DNA of 64,000 nt from an uncultured Spirochaetota bacterium (lineage in GTDB: Bacteria; Spirochaetota; Brevinematia; Brevinematales; JAOACQ01). The stretch covers positions 96,001-160,000 of the forward strand of contig CAVYGN010000002.1 in NCBI GenBank assembly GCA_963768055.1, in the 5' to 3' direction. Under the pieces are notes generated by a model, which saw only the letters and a list, made by a program, of their open reading frames with translations, was not told where the DNA came from and did no database searches. How positions within the stretch are numbered: the first letter of the stretch is position 1; every line of letters starts with the position of its first letter. Made by a program: the position numbers and the translations under genes. Of the stretch, positions 1 to 9,621 are shown one piece after another.

Positions 1-1
1 T

Positions 2-745
2 GCCCCATGTGCCTACACCGTTGCCGCAGAAATTATAGGGATTGTAATAGTGAAATGTAACGATCACATACGGGTCGTTGGGAACTATAAAATTGGTTTT
101 ATTGATAAGCTCGTACAAAGAAAACCACTGGTCTGGGCCTATCAGGACGTACCTTGTAGGGTTGCTCTTCCGTATGATCGGCAGGATCTTAGAGTCCATA
201 TCGTTAACCTGGTTCATAGTCATCGGGGCTTGCGGTTCGTTAAGGATTTCGAACATAAGGTTCGGAGATTCGCCGGAAAAATATGCGGCTATCTGCTGCC
301 AGAGGCTTTCGAACTGGGCAATATTGCCAGCGTAATCGCTGTATATCCAGTTTTCATGATGCGCGTTAAGAATGACTATAAGGCCCCTGCTTAAAGCCCA
401 ATCCACAACCGTTTTTACCCGCGCCATCCAGGCGGGATCGACTACGCCGCCCGTAATATGATACTGCCATGTCACCGGGATGCGTACATTTTTGAACCCG
501 GCGTTCGTATAATCGTCGAAATAATAAGCCTGGGCCAGGACTCCGCCTGTCCAGTCCCCTTCTGTAGGAGTGGCGTCCAGTGTGTTGCCGAGGTTGATTC
601 CCGATCCCATGCCGGTAAGTATGGCGTAAGTATTCGGATTGGAGCCGGAACCTCCGGAACCTCCGGAACCCGGAGGAGTTGAACAGGCTGCGGTCAGGAC
701 TCCCAGGACGATCAGCAAAACTGAAAAATATTTATTCTTTTTCAT
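2..745 (-). CDS. GH5 endoglucanase/cellulase-family lipoprotein, 5' part only (runs off the left edge)
   Basis: Not in the ORF track; hand translation from ATG at 745 gives MKKNKYFSVLLIVLGVLTAAC (lipobox), a GSGGSGGSG linker, then GH5 motifs GINLGNTLDA, VRIPVTW, ILNAHH, FEILNEP (acid/base Glu) and FHYY. Confidence 0.9.
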   Translation of the reverse strand, partial: MKKNKYFSVLLIVLGVLTAACSTPPGSGGSGGSGSNPNTYAILTGMGSGINLGNTLDATPTEGDWTGGVLAQAYYFDDYTNAGFKNVRIPVTWQYHITGGVVDPAWMARVKTVVDWALSRGLIVILNAHHENWIYSDYAGNIAQFESLWQQIAAYFSGESPNLMFEILNEPQAPMTMNQVNDMDSKILPIIRKSNPTRYVLIGPDQWFSLYELINKTNFIVPNDPYVIVTFHYYNPYNFCGNGVGTWG

Positions 746-879
746 AATATTTCCTTTATTAAAGAACAAATTATAACAGTTTATATATAATAATACTAAA
801 AATAAATAGTATCAGATAATAAACTTGCCGTTTTATTGTCATTATATCCGTCTCAGCGTCCTTGCGGTGAATCCCCCGA

Positions 880-1191
880 CTAAACATTAGCCGAATGCAA
901 CTTTTTGTATGAATTGATCGCCTCTAATTCATTCTTTAAATGCAGTTCTTCTTCCTCAAGATCAAAGTCGTCCTGCAGCCCCAGCCAGAATTGAGGAGTT
1001 GTCCCGAAATATTTTGAAATCCGTAATGCGATAGGAGCCGTAACCCTTCTTTTACCTTTAATGATATCGGATATTGCTGTTTGCGGTATTTTCGTTTCTT
1101 TTGAAAGTCTGTAACGGGTTATATTTAAAGGAATTAAAAATTCCTCTTTTAAAATTTCTCCCGGATGTATATTTCTTAATCTTTCACTCAT
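880..1191 (-). CDS. higA: HigA/VapI family antitoxin (XRE HTH)
   Basis: IHPGEILKEEFL...ALRISKYFGTTPQFWLGLQ signature; lies directly downstream of the toxin. Confidence 0.93.
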   Translation of the reverse strand: MSERLRNIHPGEILKEEFLIPLNITRYRLSKETKIPQTAISDIIKGKRRVTAPIALRISKYFGTTPQFWLGLQDDFDLEEEELHLKNELEAINSYKKLHSANV

Positions 1192-1208
1192 ATTTATCCT
1201 CCGATTTT

Positions 1209-1490
1209 TTAATGGTAATCTTCTATTTCAACATCGAACACATCATTGTTTTTCCAAACAAAGCATATTCTCCATTGATTGTTTACTCTAATGCCATGCT
1301 GATTTTTTCTGTCTCCTTTTAATTTTTCTAATTTATTTGCCGGCGGTAATGATAAATCTAATAGGTTATGAGCGTTATTAAGCATCCTAAGTTTCCTTCG
1401 AGCAATGTCCTGAATTTCAGGAGGTAATTTTTTTGATCTCATGCCTTTCCAGATCTTTTCTGTTTCATCATTTTTAAAATTCTTTATCAT
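1209..1490 (-). CDS. higB: HigB (RelE/ParE superfamily) toxin
   Basis: MIKNF..ETEKIW, PPANKLEKLKGDR, IRVNNQWRICF and VEIEDYH motifs; toxin-first order; start moved to ATG at 1490. Confidence 0.92.
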   Translation of the reverse strand: MIKNFKNDETEKIWKGMRSKKLPPEIQDIARRKLRMLNNAHNLLDLSLPPANKLEKLKGDRKNQHGIRVNNQWRICFVWKNNDVFDVEIEDYH

Positions 1491-1497
1491 ACGAATA

Positions 1498-1537
1498 ATA
1501 CTAACGCGTCCGATTACTAATGTCAAGAGTTAGTAAT
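1498..1537 (-). promoter_or_regulatory. higBA sigma70 promoter with inverted-repeat operator
   Basis: TTGACA (1526-1521), 17 nt, TAGTAT (1503-1498); inverted repeat ATTACTAA (1513-1520)/TTAGTAAT (1530-1537) brackets the -35. Confidence 0.65.
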
Positions 1538-1613
1538 TATTCAATACCAAGTCCTAGGCTCAAATCTTGTCATTTTTTCCCCTTCCGTATAAAATATCCA
1601 AAAATTTCAGGGG

Positions 1614-3158
1614 TTGAAAATGCTGCCGAACCTTCCGGATTTAAAAAAATTTATCGGATCGAGCCTGTTCGTGATATTGATTTTCGCATTCATCAAGCTT
1701 ATACTGCATCTTGTCTTTGCCAACGGCTACGGCTACTTTATCGACGAGCTTTATACAATAGCCTGCGGGGAGCACCTCTCCTTCGGGTATGTCGATATAC
1801 CGCCGCTGGTCCCTTTTTTATCCAGGTTAAGCGGGATTGTTTTCGGATACTCCCTTTTCGGCATCCATATACTGCCTGCGGTCAGCGGGTCGCTTTTCAT
1901 TCTTTTTACAGGGCTTTTCACAAGGGAATTGGGCGGCGGCAGGATAGCCGTTGCCTTCGCCTGTCTTGCAGCACTGCTTGATATAACCTGGCTGATCGAC
2001 GGTTCGATGTTCGCTTACGACAATTTCGATCTTCTCTTTACGCTTATCTTTCTCTTCACTCTGCTTAGGCTTATTAAAACCGGGAACACGAAAATGTTTA
2101 TCCTGATCGGTTTTATCGCCGGAATATGTATAATGACCAAGTTCACCCTGCTGTTCATGGCCATAGCCCTTGTACCATCCCTGCTGCTTACATCCCGGCG
2201 TAAGCTTTTCGCATCGGGCTGGTTATGGGCTGGAATTCTTATTGCAGCGATAATGACGGTTCCTTATCTTTTATGGCAATACAGCCATGGCTGGCCTTAT
2301 CTTGAATATCTCGCCAATTACTCGAAAAGCGGAACTTACCATGCCAGTGTTTTCGAATACCTCGGCATGACGGTTATTTTCGTCAATTTCGCCCTGGGAA
2401 TATGGGTCATGGGCTTTATTTATTTCTTCAGGGATCCCGGAGGCAAGAAATACATGCTTTTCGGTTTTCTGCCGGCGTTTTTATTTCTGGTCCTCTTCGT
2501 CATATTCAAAGCGAAATATTATATGATCATGGTCAGTTACGTGCCGCTTCTGGCGGGAGGGTCGATCATGCTGGAAAAATACGTGACAAAGCCGTTCTGG
2601 ATAGGAGTAAACGCGTTCATACTGTTATTGGGTTTATTTTTCATACCTATAGCGCTTCCGGTATTAACCCCACCGCAGCTTGAAGCCTTTTATTCCGGTA
2701 TCGGGTCTATCAGGGGAGGCATAAAGCTCGATAACTCCAAATCTTCCGTTTTTCCTCAATGGACCGCCGACCGTTTCGGCTGGGAGCAATCCGTCCAGGC
2801 TATAGCCGGCGTCTATAACAGCCTGCCGGAAGAGGACAGGGCCAAATGCGCGATATTCTGCAGCAATTACGGTGATGCTGGAGCGGTCGACCTGCTTGGA
2901 GGAAAATACGGGCTGCCGAAATCTATAAGCGGTATCCTGAGCTATTATATCTGGGGGCCCGGGAATAACACCGCCGAGATAGCCATTGTAAAAGGGGTCC
3001 CAAAGGAAAAACTGGATCTGCTTTACTCCTCGGTTACCGAGGCCGCTCCGTACTATAATAAATACGCCATGCCCTACAGGAACGTGCCGATCTATCTCTG
3101 CAGGGGCCTGAAGAAGCCGATCGGTGAAATCTGGAAGTATTTTAAATATTACAGGTGA
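1614..3158 (+). CDS. GT-C membrane glycosyltransferase (GT39/ArnT-PMT_2-like)
   Basis: Many TM segments; YGYFIDELY, GYVDIPPL, TKFT, KAKYY and SNYGDAGA motifs. Confidence 0.82.
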   Translation: MKMLPNLPDLKKFIGSSLFVILIFAFIKLILHLVFANGYGYFIDELYTIACGEHLSFGYVDIPPLVPFLSRLSGIVFGYSLFGIHILPAVSGSLFILFTGLFTRELGGGRIAVAFACLAALLDITWLIDGSMFAYDNFDLLFTLIFLFTLLRLIKTGNTKMFILIGFIAGICIMTKFTLLFMAIALVPSLLLTSRRKLFASGWLWAGILIAAIMTVPYLLWQYSHGWPYLEYLANYSKSGTYHASVFEYLGMTVIFVNFALGIWVMGFIYFFRDPGGKKYMLFGFLPAFLFLVLFVIFKAKYYMIMVSYVPLLAGGSIMLEKYVTKPFWIGVNAFILLLGLFFIPIALPVLTPPQLEAFYSGIGSIRGGIKLDNSKSSVFPQWTADRFGWEQSVQAIAGVYNSLPEEDRAKCAIFCSNYGDAGAVDLLGGKYGLPKSISGILSYYIWGPGNNTAEIAIVKGVPKEKLDLLYSSVTEAAPYYNKYAMPYRNVPIYLCRGLKKPIGEIWKYFKYYR

Positions 3159-3994
3159 TGTCTAGCTTTCATAATGTAATCGACCATGGTTTGCGGAAGA
3201 AGTTCCAGGAAAGCCGCGGCCCCGGACATATAACCAACCCTGTACCTGTTCTTCGGTTTTTTCGCTGTTAGTGCTTTGTATACCATTTTTGCCGCTTCCA
3301 GAGGGTCGGTCCTTTTTTTATCTAATTCCTTCCACTTTTTTATCTCTTCGCCGATGGCATTTATATAAAGATCGGATCTTTCTTCCGGCCATGTTTTAAA
3401 AGATATTTCAAGCTCCCTGTAGCATCTTTCAACAGATTCCGTTTTGATTGTTCCGCACCGGACCATTATAACCGGAATATTCCATGGCTTCAATTCAATA
3501 TCCAGTGTCCTTGCAATATTATTTACCGCGAAATCGCATGCATGTATGCTCGAATCGAACGGAACGGGCATTAAAGCCGGAGTTGCGATCCATATGATCC
3601 TGCCCCTGTTTTTTCGGAGCATGGGCAGGAATGCCTGCAATAAACCGATCGGGCCTGTCAGTCTTGCTTCCAATTCATTCCTGAATTTATTTAAATCCAT
3701 AAGTTCAATAGGGGAAATAAAACCGCCCCCCGCGTTATTAATGACCGCGTAAAGCGATTCTCCGGCTATCGCTTCAAATATTCGTGGGAAATGTTCGGGT
3801 TTTGTAAGATCGAAAGGGTATAAGGGAATAAGGTTCTTCAGATCGAGACCCCTCAAATTCTGCACGTCCGTTTCTTTGCGGACTGTGGCAAATACCTTAA
3901 AGCCGTTCTTTGCCAGGAACACTGCGCAAGCCCTGCCTATGCCGCTGGAACATCCGGTTATCAGTACGCTTTTCCCATTTTCTTTCATATCCAT
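3149..3994 (-). CDS. SDR-family oxidoreductase with atypical catalytic site
   Basis: TGCSSGIG and INNAG motifs; YxxxK replaced by SIHACD. Confidence 0.82.
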   Translation of the reverse strand: MDMKENGKSVLITGCSSGIGRACAVFLAKNGFKVFATVRKETDVQNLRGLDLKNLIPLYPFDLTKPEHFPRIFEAIAGESLYAVINNAGGGFISPIELMDLNKFRNELEARLTGPIGLLQAFLPMLRKNRGRIIWIATPALMPVPFDSSIHACDFAVNNIARTLDIELKPWNIPVIMVRCGTIKTESVERCYRELEISFKTWPEERSDLYINAIGEEIKKWKELDKKRTDPLEAAKMVYKALTAKKPKNRYRVGYMSGAAAFLELLPQTMVDYIMKARHHL

Positions 3995-4003
3995 CCTCCA
4001 AAA

Positions 4004-4084
4004 TTAATCGTTTGTTTTAATCAAGTGATTAAATAATAGCATAAAATTTGCAGAAAGTCAATCGCATGATTAAATCATTTGATT
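4004..4084 (-). promoter_or_regulatory. Promoter of the SDR gene with repeated palindromic operators (likely TetR sites)
   Basis: TTGACT (4061-4056), 17 nt, TATTAT (4038-4033); palindrome TTTAATCA-AG-TGATTAAA at 4016-4033; more AATC-N4-GATT cores at 4060 and 4073, degenerate at 4006. Confidence 0.65.
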
Positions 4085-4670
4085 ACAATTTTGGTTTTAA
4101 ATAATGATCGATCAGGAAATCGATATAGACTTTTTGAATTTCCGGTTTTTTAAGGTCGATTCCGGCGAAATCGTCGAACATGCCCGGGAACATGGCGGGG
4201 AAAAGCATCGCGGAAAGCGTCTGTATGACAATAAGCTTTATATTCATATCGCCGATTTCAGGATGGAACCTTTTTATGTTTATTAACATACTGTCGAGGA
4301 ACTTGTTCTTCCATTCTAAAATATCCCTGTCATAGACCTTCTTTGTAAAAGGGTTATAGAACCTGGCTTTTACTATCTCCGGATAATTAACCATGCCCTC
4401 GAAGTTATGCCTGAAAAAATCCCGGAAAATTTCGAACGGGCTCTTACCTTTTTCCTCGAACATTTCAAAGTTTGCCATAGCGTTTTTCATTGCCAGCTGA
4501 AGAGCCGCTTCGATAAGTTTTTTCTTTGACCCGAAATAATAATTTATCGCCGCGCTGTTCACACCTGCTTCCCTGGCGATGTTCCGGATCGTGACCGAAT
4601 GCAGGCCCTCTTCTTCAATGCAGGCCAGTGCGGAAAGTATTATCCTTTCGCGTGTAGAATGTTCATCCAT
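4083..4670 (-). CDS. TetR/AcrR family regulator
   Basis: TIRNIAREAGVNSAAINYYFGSK HTH; probable start ATG 4670 (ORF track start 4682). Confidence 0.9.
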   Translation of the reverse strand: MDEHSTRERIILSALACIEEEGLHSVTIRNIAREAGVNSAAINYYFGSKKKLIEAALQLAMKNAMANFEMFEEKGKSPFEIFRDFFRHNFEGMVNYPEIVKARFYNPFTKKVYDRDILEWKNKFLDSMLINIKRFHPEIGDMNIKLIVIQTLSAMLFPAMFPGMFDDFAGIDLKKPEIQKVYIDFLIDHYLKPKL

Positions 4671-4678
4671 TAAGAGCC

Positions 4679-4945
4679 TCATCCGAACTTATAATGCTTC
4701 TTCACCGCTTTATTGATCTTCCATACGCATGAAAGGCCCTGGGGAAAGACCACGAAATCGCCCTGGCCGAAATGAACCGTATCGTTCCCGGCTTTAATAT
4801 CGACGTCGCCTTCGAGGATGTAGCAGCTCTCCTTTTCGTCGTACTGCCAGTCGAATTCGGACGCTTCCTTCGTCCAGACCGGCCATTCGAAGACGCCCAT
4901 CGTTTTCAGAATATCCTCGGAAATCTTTTTTACTTCTATAGGCAT
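4679..4945 (-). CDS. Cupin domain protein (DUF861/EutQ-like)
   Basis: WPVWTKE, FDWQYDEKESCYILEG, GDFVVFPQG; start ATG 4945 after AGGAGG. Confidence 0.85.
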   Translation of the reverse strand: MPIEVKKISEDILKTMGVFEWPVWTKEASEFDWQYDEKESCYILEGDVDIKAGNDTVHFGQGDFVVFPQGLSCVWKINKAVKKHYKFG

Positions 4946-5109
4946 AAGGGCCTCCTTTATATTATTGCACTGCTTTGTACTGCCTGGACGGAATTCGATC
5001 ATATTGTAGGGATATTTTGAGCAATTGTCAAAAGAATTTACAGGAACAGCTGTTTTGACATTACAGGATGCGTTTATTACTTTTAAGCATCGAATGAGAG
5101 GAGGGTTTT

Positions 5110-5601
5110 ATGAATGAAAACAAAAATAATACCATTATGCAGATCAAGGACAACAAGGTGGTTTTTATACGCGAGTACGAAGCGCCAAGGGACCTTGTTT
5201 TCGAGACTTATACCGATCCGGACCTTATACCGAATTGGTGGGGGCCGGAAAAGCTTACAACTGTCGTAGAAAAAATGGAAGTTAAGCCCGGCGGTTTGTG
5301 GCGCTTCATACAGCGAGACGCAGATGGAAAGGAATTCGCCTTCCATGGCGTTTATCACGGGGTTTCAAAACCCTGCCAGATTGTTTCAACCTTTGAATTC
5401 GAAGGCATGCCGGACCATGTAATGCTGGAAACAATGACATTCGAAGATCTCACGGGCGGAAGGACCAGGATTACCGGCTCATCTGTTTTCCAGTCTGCCG
5501 AAGACCTCGACGGGATGATCAAAACGGGCATGGAGAAAGGGCAGAAAGAGACCTATGACCGTTTCGGCGAACTTCTTAGAAGATTTATGAACAGCAGGTG
5601 A
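5110..5601 (+). CDS. SRPBCC/AHSA1 (START-like) family protein
   Basis: REYEAPRDLVF, TDPDLIPNWWGP, VKPGGLWRF, GMEKG motifs. Confidence 0.88.
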   Translation: MNENKNNTIMQIKDNKVVFIREYEAPRDLVFETYTDPDLIPNWWGPEKLTTVVEKMEVKPGGLWRFIQRDADGKEFAFHGVYHGVSKPCQIVSTFEFEGMPDHVMLETMTFEDLTGGRTRITGSSVFQSAEDLDGMIKTGMEKGQKETYDRFGELLRRFMNSR

Positions 5602-5781
5602 GGCCTTAATCAGCCATAAAATCCCGATAAATTAAAATGTTGTATAATAAATAAAAAAGTTTTAGAATAGCAATGCAATTAGTGTCTAATAAAAAAGCGG
5701 GGCTGATAAGTATATGTTTAGGGGGTCGATGTTTTCAACGGGCGGTAGGCCCGGCGATTCATGGAGAGGAATGGGGGTATT

Positions 5782-8532
5782 ATGAAAAGGTTGATTATTA
5801 CAATTGTTATTCTTTTATTTTCTTCCGGTGTATTCCCTTTATCAAAAAATATTTTAATGCTCCCGGTTGTGCCTAAAGACAGCATCAGTGAAACCCTGTT
5901 AAAATTAATCAGGGACAAATTAATCTCGGAACTAAAAAAAGAAAGTTCATTTAATATCAGTGAAAATCCTTTATCCGATGATATTATGGATAAACTAAAT
6001 AAATCAGGGTTCGATGAGAGCGTCTGCAATGAGATCTTCAAGGGCGTTCAGGTCGAGTATGTATTGTACAGCGAGGCATCCTCTGAAAAATATGATGAAG
6101 CCTCATTAAAAATTAAAATATATTCAAAAAAGGCAAAGAAAATAAAAGTCGAATACAAGCGTTCTTGCTCCGGATTTGCCGATGATTTTGAACTCGCCGA
6201 TAGTATCGTTAAAATTACTGCGGATTATATAAAAGAACGCCTTATCATCACAAAGGATAATATTCATGACAAAACCCCCGGCGGCCTTTATATCACGATA
6301 GTTGAAAATGATATCGAAAAAGCGCGTGCTTTGCTTGAATCCGGGGTAAATCCCAACGATCCTTATGATTCCATAATGACAGTACGGCATCAGGGTAAGC
6401 CGGAGGAAAAAATGGATTTAAAAACGTATCCGGCGTTCGCCGTCTTGCAAAATGAAAAAATGCCTGATGAAGATAAAAAGGCATTTATCAAGCTTTTACA
6501 GGAATTCAAGGCCGATTTTAATATTAAAAACTATTTAAACCTTACTCCTCTTAATCTTTTAATGGAAAATTATATCAAAATCACCGATAAAACTGAAATA
6601 ATGAGTTTACTGCTTAACGCGGGGGCCGATCCTAATATTCCCGACGAGTATGGCGATACATTGATCTTCCGGCTGATTAATAATTATGAAAAATGGCCTG
6701 AAGCCGAAGTTTCAGGTATGATAAAAATGATATTGGAACATGGGGCAAATATCAATTTCTTCGAAAAATACGGCCACACCCCCTTAATGACCGCCGTTCA
6801 GAAAGAAGATACCAACCTTGTGCTGATGCTGATAAAAAACGGCGCTGAAATTAACCGTCAGAATGAATACGGTTCAACCCCATTAATGTGCGCCCTTTCC
6901 GATAACCGTAAAAAAAGGATTGAAATGATGGAACTCCTGATCGATAACGGGGCTGACGTCAATAAGGCCGATTATCATGGAATTACCGTCCTCATGGATG
7001 CCGCTTCCGATGATAAAAATATCGATGTCGTCAAATTTCTTGTTTCGAAGAACGCCGATATCAATATCGGAAATGAAGACGGCCTGACGGCGTTGAATAA
7101 TGCCCAGGGCTGTAAAAAAATTTATGAATTCCTTAAAAGCAAAGGCGGTAAATTGTATTCTTTTAAATACCCTGAAGAAAACGATTCCCCGCTTTGTAAA
7201 GCCGTTTTAAATAAAGATTTAAAAGCCTTTTATACTTTTCCGGTTGAAGAATATCAAAAACTGCAGGCAAGGACTTCGCTCGGAGTGCCTGCGACCGTGC
7301 TTCATCTCGCCGTTGAAAAGGGAGACCCGGATGTTTTAAAAGCATTATGCTTGTACAAGGTTAACTGGAATGCTCCGGACCGCTATAAAAGGACCCCTCT
7401 CTTGCTGGCGGTTATGATGAACCGGAAGGATATTGTCAGCCTTCTCCTTGAAAACGGCGCGGATCCTAATTCCTGCGATCTTCATGGAATGTCCCCATAC
7501 GCTTTCGCAGCCGGTAAGAACCCCGAAATGGCGGATCTTTTATTAAAATCGACAAATAAACCTGATAGCAATGTACCGCTGTTCAACGCTGTAATCGCAG
7601 GAAATATCGATCTGGTCAAACTGCTTTACACTTATTCTGAAAAGAGCATAGATTCGAATATAATAGATTTCGCCGTTGATTTCGGCCAGCCTGAAATAAC
7701 TGGATTTTTAACTGAAAAGATCCCGCAAATGCAAGATAAATCTAATGAACTTATTTCCATCGCCCAGTCCAACAGAATCCGTTTCTCGGGTTATGAAACC
7801 GGTTATAAAGCTCCGGCAACTCCCCTGAAAAAGACAGGGGGAATAGCGGATAAAAGAGGCATGTTCAAGTATGTGCTTGAAGAATGGTCGCCGTATTCCG
7901 ATGAAAAGACCGGACTGGATTTGAAAAAATTGCCGGTCGGTGTTTATGTCCCGAAGGATTATACGGGTGTTAAGCCCTTCGGTTTGCTCGTTTTTATTTC
8001 CTGGGATTATCCCGATGCGGAATACAGGAAAATCCTTGATAAAAACGGCATCATCTGGGTCGGATACGACTGTTATAAAATTAATTATGTTCCTTTTACC
8101 AAAGAACATAAGCATGAGGTTTTTTCTCTCGCCATGGTTTATAACATGCTCAAGTATTACAATATCGACTTTGCCAGGATATATATCGCCGGGGCGTCCT
8201 GGGGCGGACGACTTACCGGTGAAATTATTCACCGCCGCCCGGACATCTTTAAAGGCGGGATAGCTTCCTGCGGGTGCCTTACAGACAACTGGGACGAAAT
8301 TGTAAAAGGGTTCATGTCAAATTTGAATTATGCTCAGAAAAATACATCACTCGTCATTACTGCCGGAGATTATGACTACAACCGTGCGGAAGCATTCGGC
8401 ATGTACGATTATTTTTTAATGCGGAATTTTCATAATATTTTTTACATCCAGGATGCCGGTAAATATCATGGAGGATTGAGCGGCACTAATTTCGAAAAAG
8501 CGATCGATCTGCTGGACGCTAACAGGGATTAA
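5782..8532 (+). CDS. Secreted ankyrin-repeat protein with C-terminal alpha/beta hydrolase domain
   Basis: Signal peptide MKRLIITIVILLFSSGVFP; many GxTPL...LL..GADxN repeats; C-terminal IYIAGASWGG elbow, GDYD and late His. Confidence 0.82.
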   Translation: MKRLIITIVILLFSSGVFPLSKNILMLPVVPKDSISETLLKLIRDKLISELKKESSFNISENPLSDDIMDKLNKSGFDESVCNEIFKGVQVEYVLYSEASSEKYDEASLKIKIYSKKAKKIKVEYKRSCSGFADDFELADSIVKITADYIKERLIITKDNIHDKTPGGLYITIVENDIEKARALLESGVNPNDPYDSIMTVRHQGKPEEKMDLKTYPAFAVLQNEKMPDEDKKAFIKLLQEFKADFNIKNYLNLTPLNLLMENYIKITDKTEIMSLLLNAGADPNIPDEYGDTLIFRLINNYEKWPEAEVSGMIKMILEHGANINFFEKYGHTPLMTAVQKEDTNLVLMLIKNGAEINRQNEYGSTPLMCALSDNRKKRIEMMELLIDNGADVNKADYHGITVLMDAASDDKNIDVVKFLVSKNADINIGNEDGLTALNNAQGCKKIYEFLKSKGGKLYSFKYPEENDSPLCKAVLNKDLKAFYTFPVEEYQKLQARTSLGVPATVLHLAVEKGDPDVLKALCLYKVNWNAPDRYKRTPLLLAVMMNRKDIVSLLLENGADPNSCDLHGMSPYAFAAGKNPEMADLLLKSTNKPDSNVPLFNAVIAGNIDLVKLLYTYSEKSIDSNIIDFAVDFGQPEITGFLTEKIPQMQDKSNELISIAQSNRIRFSGYETGYKAPATPLKKTGGIADKRGMFKYVLEEWSPYSDEKTGLDLKKLPVGVYVPKDYTGVKPFGLLVFISWDYPDAEYRKILDKNGIIWVGYDCYKINYVPFTKEHKHEVFSLAMVYNMLKYYNIDFARIYIAGASWGGRLTGEIIHRRPDIFKGGIASCGCLTDNWDEIVKGFMSNLNYAQKNTSLVITAGDYDYNRAEAFGMYDYFLMRNFHNIFYIQDAGKYHGGLSGTNFEKAIDLLDANRD

Positions 8533-8613
8533 TGCGATTTACCCGATCAAACCGGTGCTCTTCCCGAGTATCCAGTCGAAGATCCTTTCCGGGAGGAGTC
8601 CCGGAGGAGGAGG

Positions 8614-8964
8614 ATGGCCATGAAAGTTAAATCACTTTCTTTCGGCTCTATTAATATCGACGGCGATATTTATGAAAAAGATATCGTCATCGATAATGGA
8701 AAAATCTCTAAAAGAAAGAAATCGGCGTCAAAAAAATACCGTGATACATATGTCCATACCCCCCTGTCGGTTGATGAAAATATTCCATGGGACTGTAAAA
8801 CCCTTATCATCGGCACAGGCCAAAACAAGAACCTGCCGGTAATGGACAATGTAAAGAATCTGGCACTGGAAAAGGGTGTTGAACTCCTTCTGATGAGCAC
8901 TCCTGACGCCGTCAGGCATTTGAACGACAAATCTACAAATTTCGTCCTCCACCTTACCTGCTGA
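8614..8964 (+). CDS. Mth938-like (DUF498) protein
   Basis: FGSINIDG, LIIGTG, TPDAV and terminal HLTC. Confidence 0.85.
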   Translation: MAMKVKSLSFGSINIDGDIYEKDIVIDNGKISKRKKSASKKYRDTYVHTPLSVDENIPWDCKTLIIGTGQNKNLPVMDNVKNLALEKGVELLLMSTPDAVRHLNDKSTNFVLHLTC

Positions 8965-9048
8965 CGGACAGGATAAATACTCCCCGCTGATGAAATAAAA
9001 ATGCAATTTATTCGTCACTAAAAGATATAATATCCATGGAGGTAATCG

Positions 9049-9615
9049 ATGTCCTCAAATGAAAAGAACAGGGTCTGCCCGGTCGAACACGCGGGAGCAT
9101 TGGATTCCGGTTTACGCAAGATATTACATAATCCTCGAAAAATTCTAAAACCTTATATATCCGAAGGGATGAAAGTCCTGGATCTTGGCTGCGGACCGGG
9201 GTTTTTCTCCATAGAAATCGCCCGTTTGGTAGGCGGTTCGGGAAAAGTAATTGCCGCCGATTTGCAGGAAGCCATGCTTGAAATAGTTAAAGAAAAAATA
9301 AAAAACTCAGACCTTAAAAATATCATTGAATTGCATAAAACCGGCAAGGACAGGATAGGCTTATCGGAAAAGGTCGATTTCATATTATTATTTTATATTC
9401 TTCATGAAGTCCCCGATAAAGACGCATTATTTCAGGAAATAAAGACATTATTAAAACCCGGAGGGAAAGTTCTGATAATCGAACCGAAATTCCGGGTTTC
9501 AAAAATCGATTTCAGCAATTCAATCGCTATTATAAAGAATAACGGATTCGATATTATCCGACGGCCGAAAGTATTTCTCAGCCGTTCGATCGTTGTAAAT
9601 ACAGCCGGTAAATAA
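9049..9615 (+). CDS. Class I SAM-dependent methyltransferase
   Basis: VLDLGCGPG motif I; LHEV; LKPGG. Confidence 0.9.
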   Translation: MSSNEKNRVCPVEHAGALDSGLRKILHNPRKILKPYISEGMKVLDLGCGPGFFSIEIARLVGGSGKVIAADLQEAMLEIVKEKIKNSDLKNIIELHKTGKDRIGLSEKVDFILLFYILHEVPDKDALFQEIKTLLKPGGKVLIIEPKFRVSKIDFSNSIAIIKNNGFDIIRRPKVFLSRSIVVNTAGK

Positions 9616-9621
9616 TATATA

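Noticed and set aside
645..672. CCGGAACCT 9-bp tandem repeat
   Set aside because: It encodes the ordinary Gly-Ser linker of the GH5 lipoprotein
50..682. Plus-strand ORFs 50..394, 78..335 and 458..682
   Set aside because: They are shadows of the minus-strand GH5 gene
850..875. CTCAGCGTCCTTGCGGTGAA, resembling half of a palindromic repeat
   Set aside because: No partner arm or second copy was found in the window
4083..4670. TetR as the ArpA-like receptor for the AfsA product
   Set aside because: It is more than 10 kb away, shows no recognisable ArpA-family signature, and its operator motif was not seen in the cluster
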